A stretch of DNA of 64,000 nucleotides from Nitrospirales bacterium (GTDB lineage: Bacteria; Nitrospirota; Nitrospiria; Nitrospirales; UBA8639): NCBI GenBank assembly GCA_965203295.1, contig CBDBCZ010000010.1, forward strand, positions 96,001-160,000. Direction: 5' to 3'. Position numbers and translations under genes: made by a program. Positions 13,392-25,504 of this stretch are shown here, piece after piece (positions within the stretch are counted from its first letter, which is position 1; the number at the start of each line of letters is the position of its first letter). The notes below the pieces were generated by a model. The model was given only the letters and a program-made list of their open reading frames with translations. It ran no database searches and was not told where the DNA came from.

Positions 13392-14866
13392 ATGCAGTTT
13401 ATATTTGAAGAGTTGCAGAGTGCAACTCTCTACCCTGCTGACACCAACAAGATTGGCTGTGGAGGCTATGGGTCAGTATATACCGGAATTGTGCAACAAG
13501 TCAAAGTTGCTGTGAAGTTCTTGTCACAGGTTTGTACGGGTTCCTTCTCCCACTCTAAAATGCTATACTACCTTCACTACAGATATACTTGCTTAATATA
13601 GGAAGGACAAAAAGCTATACTCGGTGATCTTTCTGCCAAGCAGCTCAATGCTGAGCTTGCTGCACTGGGAAGGTCAATTTTTACCTTCCTGGATGTAACT
13701 TAATTTACACTGTTAGTCACATTTACATTAATGCACAGGTTTCGGCACCCTAATGTAGTCCCACTCATGGGCTACTGTCTGGATCCTCCTGCACTGCTGT
13801 TGGAGTACATGGAACGTGGGAGCCTATATGACAACTTTCATGGTGTAAGTACATGTAGTCATGTATGTTTGGAGACTTGGAGCGTATACTGCTAAAATGC
13901 TAATGCCATCATCTAGTGCCTTTTAGCTAATGTATGAAAATTTATCAGAAAGTGATTATATAATACTCCACTTAACTTAGACCACCCAGCCGTTACCATG
14001 GAAAGCAACATCGAAAGTGCTTTTAGATACAATCTGGGAATTGTCGTACCTGCATTCAGCAAATCCTCCCTTGGTCCATCATGATATTAAAACATGAGCT
14101 TGTTCAAACAGTAAAAACAATTCTCCCAGTTGGCTAAGTTTCTTCAATTCCAACCCAAAGTTCACAACTTCAGGTTGGAATTGAAAAACTTTGCAGTGGG
14201 TAATAATTACATGTAACTGAGAATTTATTGAATTGCAGCCAAAATATCCTCATTGATATCTGCGACAATGGAAGAATTGGAGATTTTGGATTTAGTCTTG
14301 AGCTACCAGAGATAGTCGAAGGACGCTCGATGTTCACTGCACAAGCTTTTGCAAGGATGGAGGGATATTATCCCTCTGAATTATCTGTGGGCCACTTCTC
14401 TACCAAGAGTGATGTTTACTGCTATGGTGTGGTAATTCATACAGTTTTATGTGTATTTGTGCTTTTGATTAGTACGACAATCCTCTTAATAAGACGTACT
14501 GGAAACTTATACTGGCAAGAAGGCATTTTCTGTTGAGAGAGGACAAAAAGTTGGTGAGTTTAGAGAATAGGCGTGTGATACTACTCACTTTTGGAGTTAT
14601 GTTTTTCATTACATGTATAGGTTGACCACTTTGATGAAGAAAGAAGTGATGAAGTAAAATTTTCCTCCATTCAAGATGAAAGGATCAGCCAATGTTCAGA
14701 AGAACTTTGGAAGCTTCTCTTTCAGGTGGTATGATCATGCCTTCTCCTGCATTGCAAGCGCCCTACATCAATGAACGTACGTGGATAATCTACTCTGCAA
14801 CCTACATTGTGTTACTGTTGTCTTGCTGAACAGGTCAGTGTGTGGCCATTAGTCAAGCGGCCATAA
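13392..14866 (+). pseudogene. IRAK/Pelle-like protein kinase domain (copy 1), multi-exon, 5'-truncated and disabled
   Basis: Spliced: FIFEELQSAT..KIGCGGYGSVY..VAVKFLSQ | ..AELAALGR | FRHPNVVPLMGYCLDPPALLLEYMERGSL | LPW..YLHSANPPLVHHDIKT | QNILID..IGDFGFS..GYYPSE..FSTKSDVYCYGV | VLETYTG | ..KRPT. The donor near 14094 reads AT instead of GT and there is an in-frame TGA near 14732. Confidence 0.9.
14137..14191. repeat. Small hairpin in a kinase intron
   Basis: aagtttcttcaattccaacc ... ggttggaattgaaaaactt form inverted arms. Confidence 0.6.
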
Positions 14867-15107
14867 GATGGACAGCACCTGAAACCAGATGTGTGAACCT
14901 CGTGTATTATTCAGAGAGTCATTCTCAGTATGTTTCTTGGGATTCCCATTCACAAGCCTTAAATCTCATTCTCGTCAAGTCAACCGTGAAAACCTTCATG
15001 TGTATCAGTGATGCCAAGTTATGTTTCAGTTATGTACACTTTTTCCTGCCTTTTTCCATTGTGCAATACTATTGTTTGTTTCCTTTGTTGCATACATGGT
15101 CAACAAG

Positions 15108-17110
15108 TTATTCGAAGTAGTCAACCAAATGCAAATAAAAGCTTTTGATATTCTCGTGTGAAGTCTGATGCAGAAATTTTGAAGGTGTTGGCTAGATAGT
15201 TCTCAGCAAGTACTTTAAACCAGCTGGGAAAAAACTGTGGCGGTGGGGTCGCTTCATGTTGCATCAAATGCAGCCATATGGTGGTATCTGCAGTCTTCAC
15301 ATGAGAAGTTGTACCTATAGTACATACAAAAAATTAACATCAGTATTTGCATGCCATAGCCAATTTGTGAGGAAGTCTTAAAACCATGCATACTGTAAGG
15401 AAAGAAATACCTACCAAATTTTTCTGGCATATCGAACAAATTATCTGGTATGCCTGAGGGCAGTCTGCTATGTGATTCTGTCTTATTATGTGGCTGTTCC
15501 TATAAGTGACAAAATCATCAATGTCTTTTTGCAGCAAAGGAACAAAGACATATGCAAGGCATCTCCTGTTGAGGAATAGGATACTTAAACACTCAATAAC
15601 ATATTATTGCAATGTCATACCGATGTGTCTCATTTTTGCAGTCAAACTGCCCATTGGCAACCAACTCCTACAGTGTACAAGATTAATTTTATTGTGGTAT
15701 TAATAATGGCAAGAATATCCAGCAGAGAATAACATTACTTTGCAGAGGTCAATCCACCAGACACTTTTTAGTCTTTTTGCTGGGACCACCAGCTTTCTAT
15801 TCTCTGCAGTGAACATGGGACACGGAAGCACTAAATGTTTGAGTCACAATTTTTTTTTGCATGATTCTGATCATACCACATTTGCGGGAGATGGACCATA
15901 TACAAAGCTCTTTTCTGCTGCTAGGTCGTCTTGATGATTCATCAGGAAAGCAATCTGGGCTGTAGCTACAGAGGGGCTCTCCGTCCCATAGTCTGACCTC
16001 AGCCTTGTTGGACAGCCTGAATAAACCTTAGAACAGTAATAAAAAGTGCCGTGCACACTTTGCTTTTACTAAATAACTTGATTACCTCCACATTTTTCAA
16101 CTGCTTTCAAGTAGTAGTAAAGAATGACTTGGGTCATGATTGCTAGTTGCAACTTTCATCCATAAAATCTTACGGCTGAAGCAGAGGTAAGTGAATCCAA
16201 TTCTATCAAAGGAACACAAAATCCTATAATATTATAGTATGACTTCTCACCCATCAATACAGCCATGTATTGTAAGACCATACGGACGGGGTGAGCTTGT
16301 CATATCCGTCACAGTGCCAGAGGTAATCAGGACCCTGAGTAAAAAATTCATCAAAACACTTATCATAAACTATCATAATAGGGTTGATTAGATTAACAAT
16401 TACCTTGTTTCTGTAAATTTTACGCTTTAAGCGTCTCCGAGCCCGGTGAGAATCCTCTTCAGGGTCCAGTTCTTCACTGTCATCACTTTATTCCTGTATT
16501 ATGTAGGACAAGGCATATTCATTAAATAATAATCCTAAATGTATAGACAAAAAGGGTAGCTACCTGCTGACAACACATCTGTACTTCTGTCGCAACACTT
16601 GTCCCACATACTTCTGTAACCCAGAAGTTTATTTGATGTATCCAGTTCGTGCTATAATGGAAAGACTCATTTTAAGGTAGCCTTATACACAAATCAGCCT
16701 GAATCCGATACAATACTTACTTGAATTAACGTACGAAGGTTTGTGTCTGATACACTGCAGCCCCTTCGCTTCATCCCCAGACTTCGAAATGGTTTCTTTA
16801 ACCAGGAATGACTATCCATACCTAGAGTGCATATACCTTCGAGATAGTTGGTGAACTCTGTCCAGTCACTTTAAAATCAATGTACACGGTCTCCAGGAAA
16901 AAAGTATTTCACTAATAATTCTGTAATGTGAATAAAAGGATCTTGGCTAACTCAAACAGAACTCATGCTGCATATTTTGACCGGATAAGTACTACTACTC
17001 TATTATCTTTATGCTTTCACTGTATTGTATCTAATCTTGTTTACAAGCTAGACGGCACAATGCGTACTGCTTACCATCTAGTTCACTGTCCAGCGTGTCC
17101 TAATAAAAGC
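15108..17110 (-). pseudogene. IS3EU-type DDE integrase-like transposase (copy 1), multi-exon, disabled
   Basis: Exons GPDYLWHCDGYDKL..IHGCIDG | FSRKILWMKVATSNHD | CPTRLRSDYGTE..SFVYGPSPANV | RIESWWSQ | ..RNSHIIRQN..FDMPEKFG. Intron positions match 42373-44768; several frameshifts and stops. Confidence 0.85.
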
Positions 17111-18242
17111 ACATCTATAGCAAGCTCAAAAGGTTAAAGGTATTCACGTACCCCGCTATCGTTCTACATTAACTTTGGAACCCGGACTTCGCGTTCGGTA
17201 AGCGGACATAGGGAATCGGTTTAACCGCACCATTGAAACACAGCTTTCAATGTTTGGGGACCACCATCACCAAGACTGGGACCATTACAACGATGAGAAA
17301 GAGACACAGGGCTAGTACTTGTTGAGTAGGTGTGTGGATTTGTTCTCAGCTACCAAATTCCCAACAAACGCCCATGTTGCCTTGATTCTTTTCTTCACCC
17401 ACTTATTACTGAGATTGAGGACGGTTTCATCTCCGGTATACATACAGTAGCTTCCTTCTTATTGTCTCTATGGTCCTATTTTAAATGTACGCTTGTATAG
17501 GTTTTAAGGTGGACTGCAAAGGCAGTTTGGCAGGACTTCTACCTGGAATAGCTACCATTAGAACCCCAATCATCCTGTGGACTGATGATTATCCTGCACA
17601 ATGCGAAGTTGGAAAATTTCTCTGTAAGGGTGTTCATGCATGCATGTGATGTGAACTTGAAGGTGAGTGTGCATATCCGCCTTGAAGTTATACATGTCCT
17701 CATAAAATTATTGCCTGCGTACCTTTTTCTGCATGTGCACTGCAGAAACTCTACTGGATGGAACCACACAGTACTACTATGATGAGTTTCGCTACCATGC
17801 AAAGTACCCCTGGGCTTTATTACCTGTAACAAAAAAATCGAAGATGAAGAACGTATGACCGACCATCCATCGTACCTTGGCAAGAAACTCCGGATTTAGT
17901 ACTTTATCTATTTTGCGCCGATTGCAATGCTCTATATGAATTTGAAGTCACAACGGACTTAGTCTATGATGCAATGCACAACATACCCCTGAATGTGTGA
18001 GCCATCACTTGCATCGATACATTGATTCCAACATTGTTTCTATAAAAGATGTGGAAAATCGTCTGGTTGCAATGTCCTGAACTGCAGGTGAGCTCTTAGT
18101 GCTAGCAGTGAATAGGGCAAGCTTCCGAGATGTAAATATTATTTTTGACTGTGAGCGTACCTCCAGTAATCTGAATTACTACTGTCTCCTGCTAGGCCCT
18201 ACTGCACTGCTGAATGCCCTGAGGGAAATCCCCTGAGGCGCT

Positions 18243-18890
18243 AGTAATGGCTCTAAGTAGCCTACTCCTGGGAACTACATTCACAGTTACGGAATTTTAT
18301 AACGCAGCTTCGGGAAGTAGGTTACCAGTAATGGCTCTCAATAACCCAGTACTGAGAACTACATTCCCAGTTATGGAAATTATTACCCAGCATAAGGAAG
18401 TAAATTCCCAGTAGTGGCTCTCAATAACCAGTACCGGGAACTACATTCCCAGTTTTGGAATTTTATAACCCAGCATCAGGAAGTAAACCTCCAGTAATGG
18501 TTCTCAATAACCCAGTACTGGGAACTAAATTCCCAGTTATGGAATTTATAACCCAGCGTCAGGAAATAAATCCCAGCAGTAACCCAGTACTGGGGAACGC
18601 ATTCCCCCTATGGAATGTATAACCCAGCGTTGGGAAGTACATTCCCAGTAATGACTCTCAATAACCCAGTACTGGGAAATACATTTCCAGCTAAGGAAAT
18701 ATATAACCCAGCATTGGGAAGTACATTCCCAGTATTGATCTCGATTAACCGAGTACTGGAGACTAAGTTCCCAGTTCTTAACCCAGTAGTGTGGAACTAC
18801 ACTCCCATTGTTTGAAGCAAATTCCCATCAATGGGATTCCACTTCTCAGTACTGGATATCGGTTCCCAACCATGAACTCAATATTGGGAA
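18243..18890. repeat. Tandem array, ~82-bp unit (two ~41-bp subunits) rich in CCCAGTACTGGG palindromes
   Basis: Recurring taatggctctcaataacccagtactgggaactacattcccagtt...ataacccagc..ggaagta..ttcccag. Confidence 0.9.
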
Positions 18891-19561
18891 TTTCTTTGCC
18901 ATAATGTCACAAAACAATACCAGGACATAATCAGGATGACTGGTGGCAGTGTTAATGGCCTTCGCGACTCTGCACACACCCTCCACCTATGAAGATAAGA
19001 GTAGTAGACCATATTTGTAGAATTGTACATGAGTCCAACAGCATGCACTGCAGATATTCTCTTATCACCTAATTAGTGCTTACATTGTTACCCTGTGCAA
19101 TGACGAGAGGGAATCCACTGAAGTTTGGGATGACAGTCTCTACATCCACATGGGTCATTTCAAGTGGTATTAGGGGAAGAAATGCAGCGGCTCTCCTGCC
19201 TTCCGAAGTTTTGATCATTGTAAGACTGCATGGGATGTATATTGTATATATAGCTTACACCCTTTCTGCACATTACATATCCCATGCATTTTTAGGAGCA
19301 AATGAAGTATGCATAGATAATACATACTTACCTAATCGCTGTTTGGCAGTAGGATATCATTGCTAGCATGTCCTTTTCGAAAGGTAGCGAGAGAAACTTT
19401 TGACGAAGCTTATCTTCATCGGCAAATGTAGGGTAGAGGTGAGTTGCATCTTCCCATAAAGTTCTGGACATCATTCTGTGTTTACAAAAATATCTGGAGC
19501 AAAAAAAGATTTAGTACATGTAGTCAATACAAGGCAAAACAATAAACGGAAAGAAGGCAAG

Positions 19562-21760
19562 TAAATAAATAAATAAAATACTCATGTTGCTGCCGTAGCG
19601 CTTACGCCATTGACCACGCACCCACATACGCAGGCGGAGCTTGAAAGATCTCCAGTCAGAGGACAAGAGCAACCAGATGTCTCACCATTACCATCCTGAT
19701 CACCATATAATTTATTCTTCCTAGTATCCCAGATTAATAAAATAAAACTCTTAACTAGCCTTAATAAAGCCTTAAAATCATATCTTTCCCAATTCTCACA
19801 CCCTAAAACAAAGCCCGTCCTCTCGAAATTATTGAGTGCACTAAACTCTTCAAAACTTCCACCCAACAGATTGTCTAAGTCTTCCATGAAAGTACCTCTA
19901 AAAGTATCATACGCAGGACACTCCCAGAGCACATGTACCACACTCTCACATTCATCCCCACACAACTTACACTGCCTATCATCATTTTTACCCCGATGCC
20001 TTCCTAACTCTTCATTCAGACCAATAGTACCAGACCTAAACTTAAACAACAATCGTGTTCCTGGATCCCCAACCCCCTGCAAGTAATTTTTAAATTCTAT
20101 TTCCTTACAAAAAGACTTGTAAAGACTAAGTTTAACTTTACTATTTAAGCCATCATTAAAATTTTTATATTCTCTGCATCTCAATGCTTCATCTACTCTC
20201 TCTAAAAACAAGTTTACATTATAATCTTCAGCTAGTATTTCCTGACTGTCTAGATTTAACTGCAACAACAATTCACTAGGTACTTTCCTCCAGGTCTTCC
20301 TCTGCCTACCCCTACACGGCTTCACTTCCCACTCACTGTCTAGAAGTAATCTAGGATATCTCTCAGCATTCAAACTATTGACTTTATACCACCACTTAAG
20401 TTTGCATCTATCCCTCCTGCCTTTCAAAGATTCTAACCCCATATCTCCCCTTACTGCTTCATTACACGTTTTAGAAGAGCAGCCAAGCATCTTTGTAGCT
20501 GCTCCTAGCTGAATAGATTCCAAGGAAGCTGTCTGCCTTTTATTACAAGCCCATACTTCACTACCATATTCTAAAGTAGGGCGAAGTACCGATACTAACA
20601 ATAATCTTCTTGCAACTGTACTGATATTCCTATTACTTAAAAACCTATGTAGTTGATTCAGTTTTTTCTTTCCATTATTTATTACCTTCTGTACATGACT
20701 ATCCCATGAACCATTCTTAGCAAATTCAATCCCCAAGTAGCAGTAACTTAAAACCTCCGGAATGTCTTTATCTCCCCACTTCCATGTACATGCACCTGTA
20801 TTAACCTCTTTAGAAAATACCATAACAGCACTCTTTTTTATATTAGATTTCGACCTCCATTTATTACAAAACCCCTGTACTTTATTAATCAAGGTTTGTA
20901 AGTCCTCAGCATTAGTAGTTAAACCTACAAAATCATCAGCAAACACAAGGTTTGTAAGTCCTCAGCATTAGTAGTTAAACCTACAAAATCATCAGCAAAC
21001 ATCAGACCCCCAACCTTAACATCCTTCTTAACAGTAATGCCAATCCCAGCCTTCTCAACCTCATCTAACAACTGATTAATAAAAATGGAAGAGGATAGGC
21101 AACATACTACAACCCTGTGCCACCCCCTGACCTATATTAAATCGCTCAGATACTTCTCCCTCCAGTAAAACAGCACTCTGTGTGATGTCATACATATTCT
21201 TAATAACTCTCCACATCCTACCCCTAACCCCAAGTTCCCATAACTTAAACCATAAACCATCATGCCAAACTGTCAAATGCTTTCTGAACATCTAAGAAAA
21301 AGCGTAAGTGTGCTTTCCTTCCCTCATTCTACCTTGTACAATTTTATTTAGAGTAAAGATGTTATCAACACAACTCCTTTTCTCTCTAAATCCTGCCTGA
21401 CCCTCATGAAGAGCCCTTTCTGCTTCTAATCTGCTTACTAAGCGATTATTTAGAATCTTGCAAAACAGCTTTCCTACCACATTCAATAGTGTAATGCCCC
21501 TGTAATTACCGGGGTCCTCAGCATCACCTTTTTTATACAAGCTAACAATTAACCCTTGTCTCCATTGTTTAGGAATGCTCTCCTTTGTCCAAACTACCCC
21601 ATACAAAACTTTCAACACATTAGCCATCCCTTTGCCACCGTACTTAAAAAGCTCCCCAACCAGCCCATCATTATTCTTTAGGCTTTTAGAACACTTTTTA
21701 ATTTCTGCATAACTAATCCCTCTATCCAAAACCTTATCCTTCTGCAAACTAGATGTCCGG
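19562..21760 (-). mobile_element. 5'-truncated LINE (apurinic-endonuclease class) reverse transcriptase
   Basis: IPKQWRQGLIVSLYKKGD..PGNYRGITLL, QAGFREKRSCVDNIF, KAFDSVWHDGL, GVAQGC and MFADD motifs; C-terminal CKLC..ESVVHVLWEC Zn knuckle; (TTTA)n tail at 19562-19580. Frameshifted. Confidence 0.95.
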
Positions 21761-21789
21761 AGGGTTAGGGTTATCTCAATTGTGCTGAA

Positions 21790-24380
21790 TAAATACAATA
21801 AAAAATAAATATATTTTTTGTAAGCAAGGCAAAGACAAAAGTGGAGCACAACAACAACGAAACAAAAAACAACCAACAAACAAACAAAAAAACAAAATAA
21901 ACAAAAGAATAAAACAAACAAAAACACAAACAAATAAAGAGACTAGATAAAGTCCTCAAGGTCCGCACCATGGCTGATGGTGCCCAGAACGGATGCCACA
22001 TTTCCCCTCTGGATGGCAACCGATAAGCGCTGGAGGAGGTAGGTTCTAGATCTGACCTCTCCTGTGACCTGCCGGACACGCTGGCCCAACTCTGTGAGAA
22101 ACTCTCTGGTCCTAGGTCCAAAGGCGCCCGAAGTCTCAATGGCCACTGGTACAAAGATGTGGCTGGTGGCCAGGTCGCGATACTTGACGTATTTCCTCTC
22201 CTCAGCCTGGGCAGCCACGGCCCCGGCTTCGCTGATGGCAGAGGCGGTGTAGGAGGGTGTGAAGGTGTCCGGGCATGTGGCATCCCAAACCAAAAGCTTG
22301 CTGTTTTTCCAGGGCACTACTGAGACACCATCTGACCGTTTCCCATCCGAACGAAAGAGGCCCGGGGGTTCCAGTCGTGAGGGAACTCTGGCCGACGACA
22401 AGGCACGGCAGATGATGTCACTAACAGCCGCATGACGATGATGGCGGCCCTCACTCCATCGGCAGCTGAGGCCATGAGTGGCGAGACAGCCTACTTCGGT
22501 ACCGCAGTGATGGCAGGTATGAGGCCTGCAGAGGGAGGATCCAAGACTGAGGCCAACCGCGACCCAAATGGTGTTGTTGTCCATTCTGAGACAAAGGGAG
22601 GAAATTGAAAGGGCATTAAGCCAAGCTCCTGACTCTCTAGCAGAGGCTGCCAAAAGACGGGCTCTTGATGTGGCATCAGGGGCACCTTCCAATAGGGCAT
22701 CTGCAGTTGCAGACACCTTGTGAGTGTCCCAGTTCTTCTGGCGGTGAGCAGCAGTGCCAACAGGAGGAAGCTGATCATGACCCTGTGACCACAGGGCAAT
22801 TGCGTCGGTCACATTGGGGAGCGGAGTGCTCTGGAGACACGGAGGGAGGATGCGATGGGCGAGGTAGAATGAGCCAGCAGCAGAAGCCAGAAAAGCAGAC
22901 AGTGCCAGCTGAACTGCACTCTGAAAACCAAGTCCACCGTATCTCAACGGAAGGGACGCTTGGATCCAGGCAGGGTCATTAGCAATGAAATGGATGTTGG
23001 TGATGGTAGACACAGTGGATCTGAGCTTCTCATCATATGACTTGAGACTGGGAGAGAGAAAGAAAACAGGGGGATGTTCTGAGGGTGTACAGGAGCTTTG
23101 GAATAGCAAAAGAGTGGCGAAGCAGTAGAATCGCGTCATGGGCCTCCAGGTGCTGGAGCCTGCTTCCCATTATCCCCAGGAGGCAAACTTTCTCGTCAAT
23201 GGTGTGGGAGACGGAGCCAATGTCACCAATGGGGGAACCCAGCAAACAGGCGTCCTGAGGGTCGACGACCCTGGCCCCAGGGATGGAGGACAGAATGGAA
23301 TTCCTTGTAGGCTGGTCACGGCAGATGACTTCCGATTTACGTTGGTTTAAAAGTAAACCCCACTCAGCTGCCTCCCGATCAACGACCTCCAAGTCGTGAA
23401 GGATATCTTCCAGGTCTCCTCCCAGAGTAGGTAGAACACACAAAACTCCGACTTCAACTGAGAATGGAGCGAAACAGGGAGACAGAAAAGGAGTGGGCCA
23501 AGAGGATCACCTTGCTGTACGCCCTCTGATGACTGGAGAGTCTTATCACCCCAAAAGAGGGAGGATGGTGAGGAGTAGGAGGAATGGATGAAGGGGAGTA
23601 AGTTAGGAGCCAGATTCTGTACAGCGAACAACATTTTGTCTCTTCGCACAGATTTGAAAGCATTCTTGAAATCCAACTTCAGGAGTGCTTGTTGAGGCTC
23701 GAGATTGTGCGGGTAGAGTCTAGCAGAATAGACCGCAGCTTCCGCCCCCCCCCCCCCCCCCCCCCCCTTGATACCAAATCCCAGCTGACGAGGGGCCAGC
23801 AGGGCGGCCATATCCTCAAGCACCCTCCCCGAGGCCACCTTAGCTGCAAGGCGCCGAAGGGTGCAGCCTACAGCAATGGGCCTCACTCCACCATCTTTCT
23901 TCTCCAGAGCAATCAGCGTGGCGCCAAAGAAGAAAGGGCAAATAGATGGAGGTGTCCTGCCTGCAAGAACCAAAGTGACAAAGGAGGCAAGGGCAGAGAG
24001 AAGAGAGTGGCCTCTGCCACCGGTAGCGGGGCCCACCAAGTCCTTCAAATGTTGAGGTCTCAAGCCATCCGGCCCCCCAGCTGAACCATTAGGAAATCGC
24101 GAACTAAAACGAAGCAGCCGGTCCCATGAGGCGTGGTCATTGACCCTAGCTACGTTCTCCAGGACCGAGGCCAGTTTCGCTCCCACGAGCTCTCTGGAGG
24201 CCCTAGGTATCCTCTTAATAATCTTGGCAGAGCACTTGGGAGGCAGCTGTGTCGGCTGCGTCGGCTGTAACGGCTGGGACGAACTTCCCCCCCTGGCGAC
24301 CGCGAAGATGGGAAGATGGCGGAAGGGGAGTAGGAGTAGGAGAGGCTTGGAAGCGCTACAACCGGAAATACAGCCGGACA
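21790..24380 (-). mobile_element. CRE-like non-LTR retrotransposon (RT plus restriction-like endonuclease), degraded
   Basis: SAGGPDGLRPQHLKDL, RPIAVGCTLRRL, KLDFKNAF and GVQQGDPLGPLLF; then CHHCG..HGLSC, RHAAVSDII and RSDG..WKNSKLLVWDATC (RLE). T-rich 3' tail at 21790-21940. Confidence 0.9.
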
Positions 24381-25504
24381 TGAGACAGTAGCCATGACTG
24401 CCAATCGAGAGAAGCGCCCAGAATGGGGTGTGGATGCCACTACTGTTATTTTGCTCTGCTTGTGTGGCTGCCTAAGATTCTCTGGACTACATGTTTACTT
24501 TGCGCATGTATTGACCTCTGTACTGATATATAATTTATCAATATTCATAGCTTCCTGTACGGATATAACAACCACAAAAATGATGCTCTCGTGCGCTATT
24601 GTGCTAGTTCGCGCTGCAACTTGTCTGGTTGGTGCTTCCTTCTGGTGTTCTCAGTTTCTGTAGGTTCTCCATGTCTGTAACCCATTTGTGCATCTCCAGA
24701 GTCTATTCTAGACTGTAGCTACTGTCTATCACTCATCATACTCGGTGCTTTAGCCAAGGACACTTAATAAAAAACGTAGATAGGAAACGCCCCATTGCGC
24801 ACGTGTCCCAATCATTGTTGCGTGTGTACGGAGAGTATGCGGTAAGAGTACGGTGAAATTGATTCGAGATAGCTACAGTTGTGAAGATGAGCGTGTTTTT
24901 GAGCGGAATTATGTTCCTATGAGAGCCTCAGAGCGAAGAAGAGAACTACTGGAAGATACTGTGACCTAGTCTGGCGTGCAGAGCTGCCAGGTGAGGGTCT
25001 GAAGCTGGGAGGCCTTAGTTTCATCAAGGTGCCATTCCTTTATGCAGGAACGGTTAAAACTTTGTGTTAGTTGTACTGGTTCTGTACTTGAAATCTTTGA
25101 TTGAAACAAGCATTGAGCTAGTAGTACATCAAAATCCACTTGTAGTTTTCATTTTGGGACTGGATGGGGTTCATTCCAGGTGAGAATAGTCAAAAATGAC
25201 GGTTAATTAAGCAATTGTGTTTCATTTGTGTGAGGTTGCTGTAGCTGTACTAGCTCTATTCAATGCAACCCAACTTGTTTTGTGTTTTCAGGCAAGTACT
25301 AAACTCGGGGATATTGAATCTGAAATGATAGGTACTGGGTGGGGTTGCCTTGAATGTGCTGTACATGTACGCAGAATTGCAGCATCGTTATTACAAGGCT
25401 AACATTGCATAGAAGTAGTGTATTATCCTGCAGAGCTCTGCAAGGTTGGTTTTACAGCTTCAGTGTGTTAAGACCAATACCTGATGTTGTTTGCTGTCTC
25501 TTAG

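Noticed and set aside
24393..24417. Short similarity (atgactgccaatcgagagaagcg) to 28989-29012
   Set aside because: Only about 23 bp with mismatches and no extension; not interpretable.
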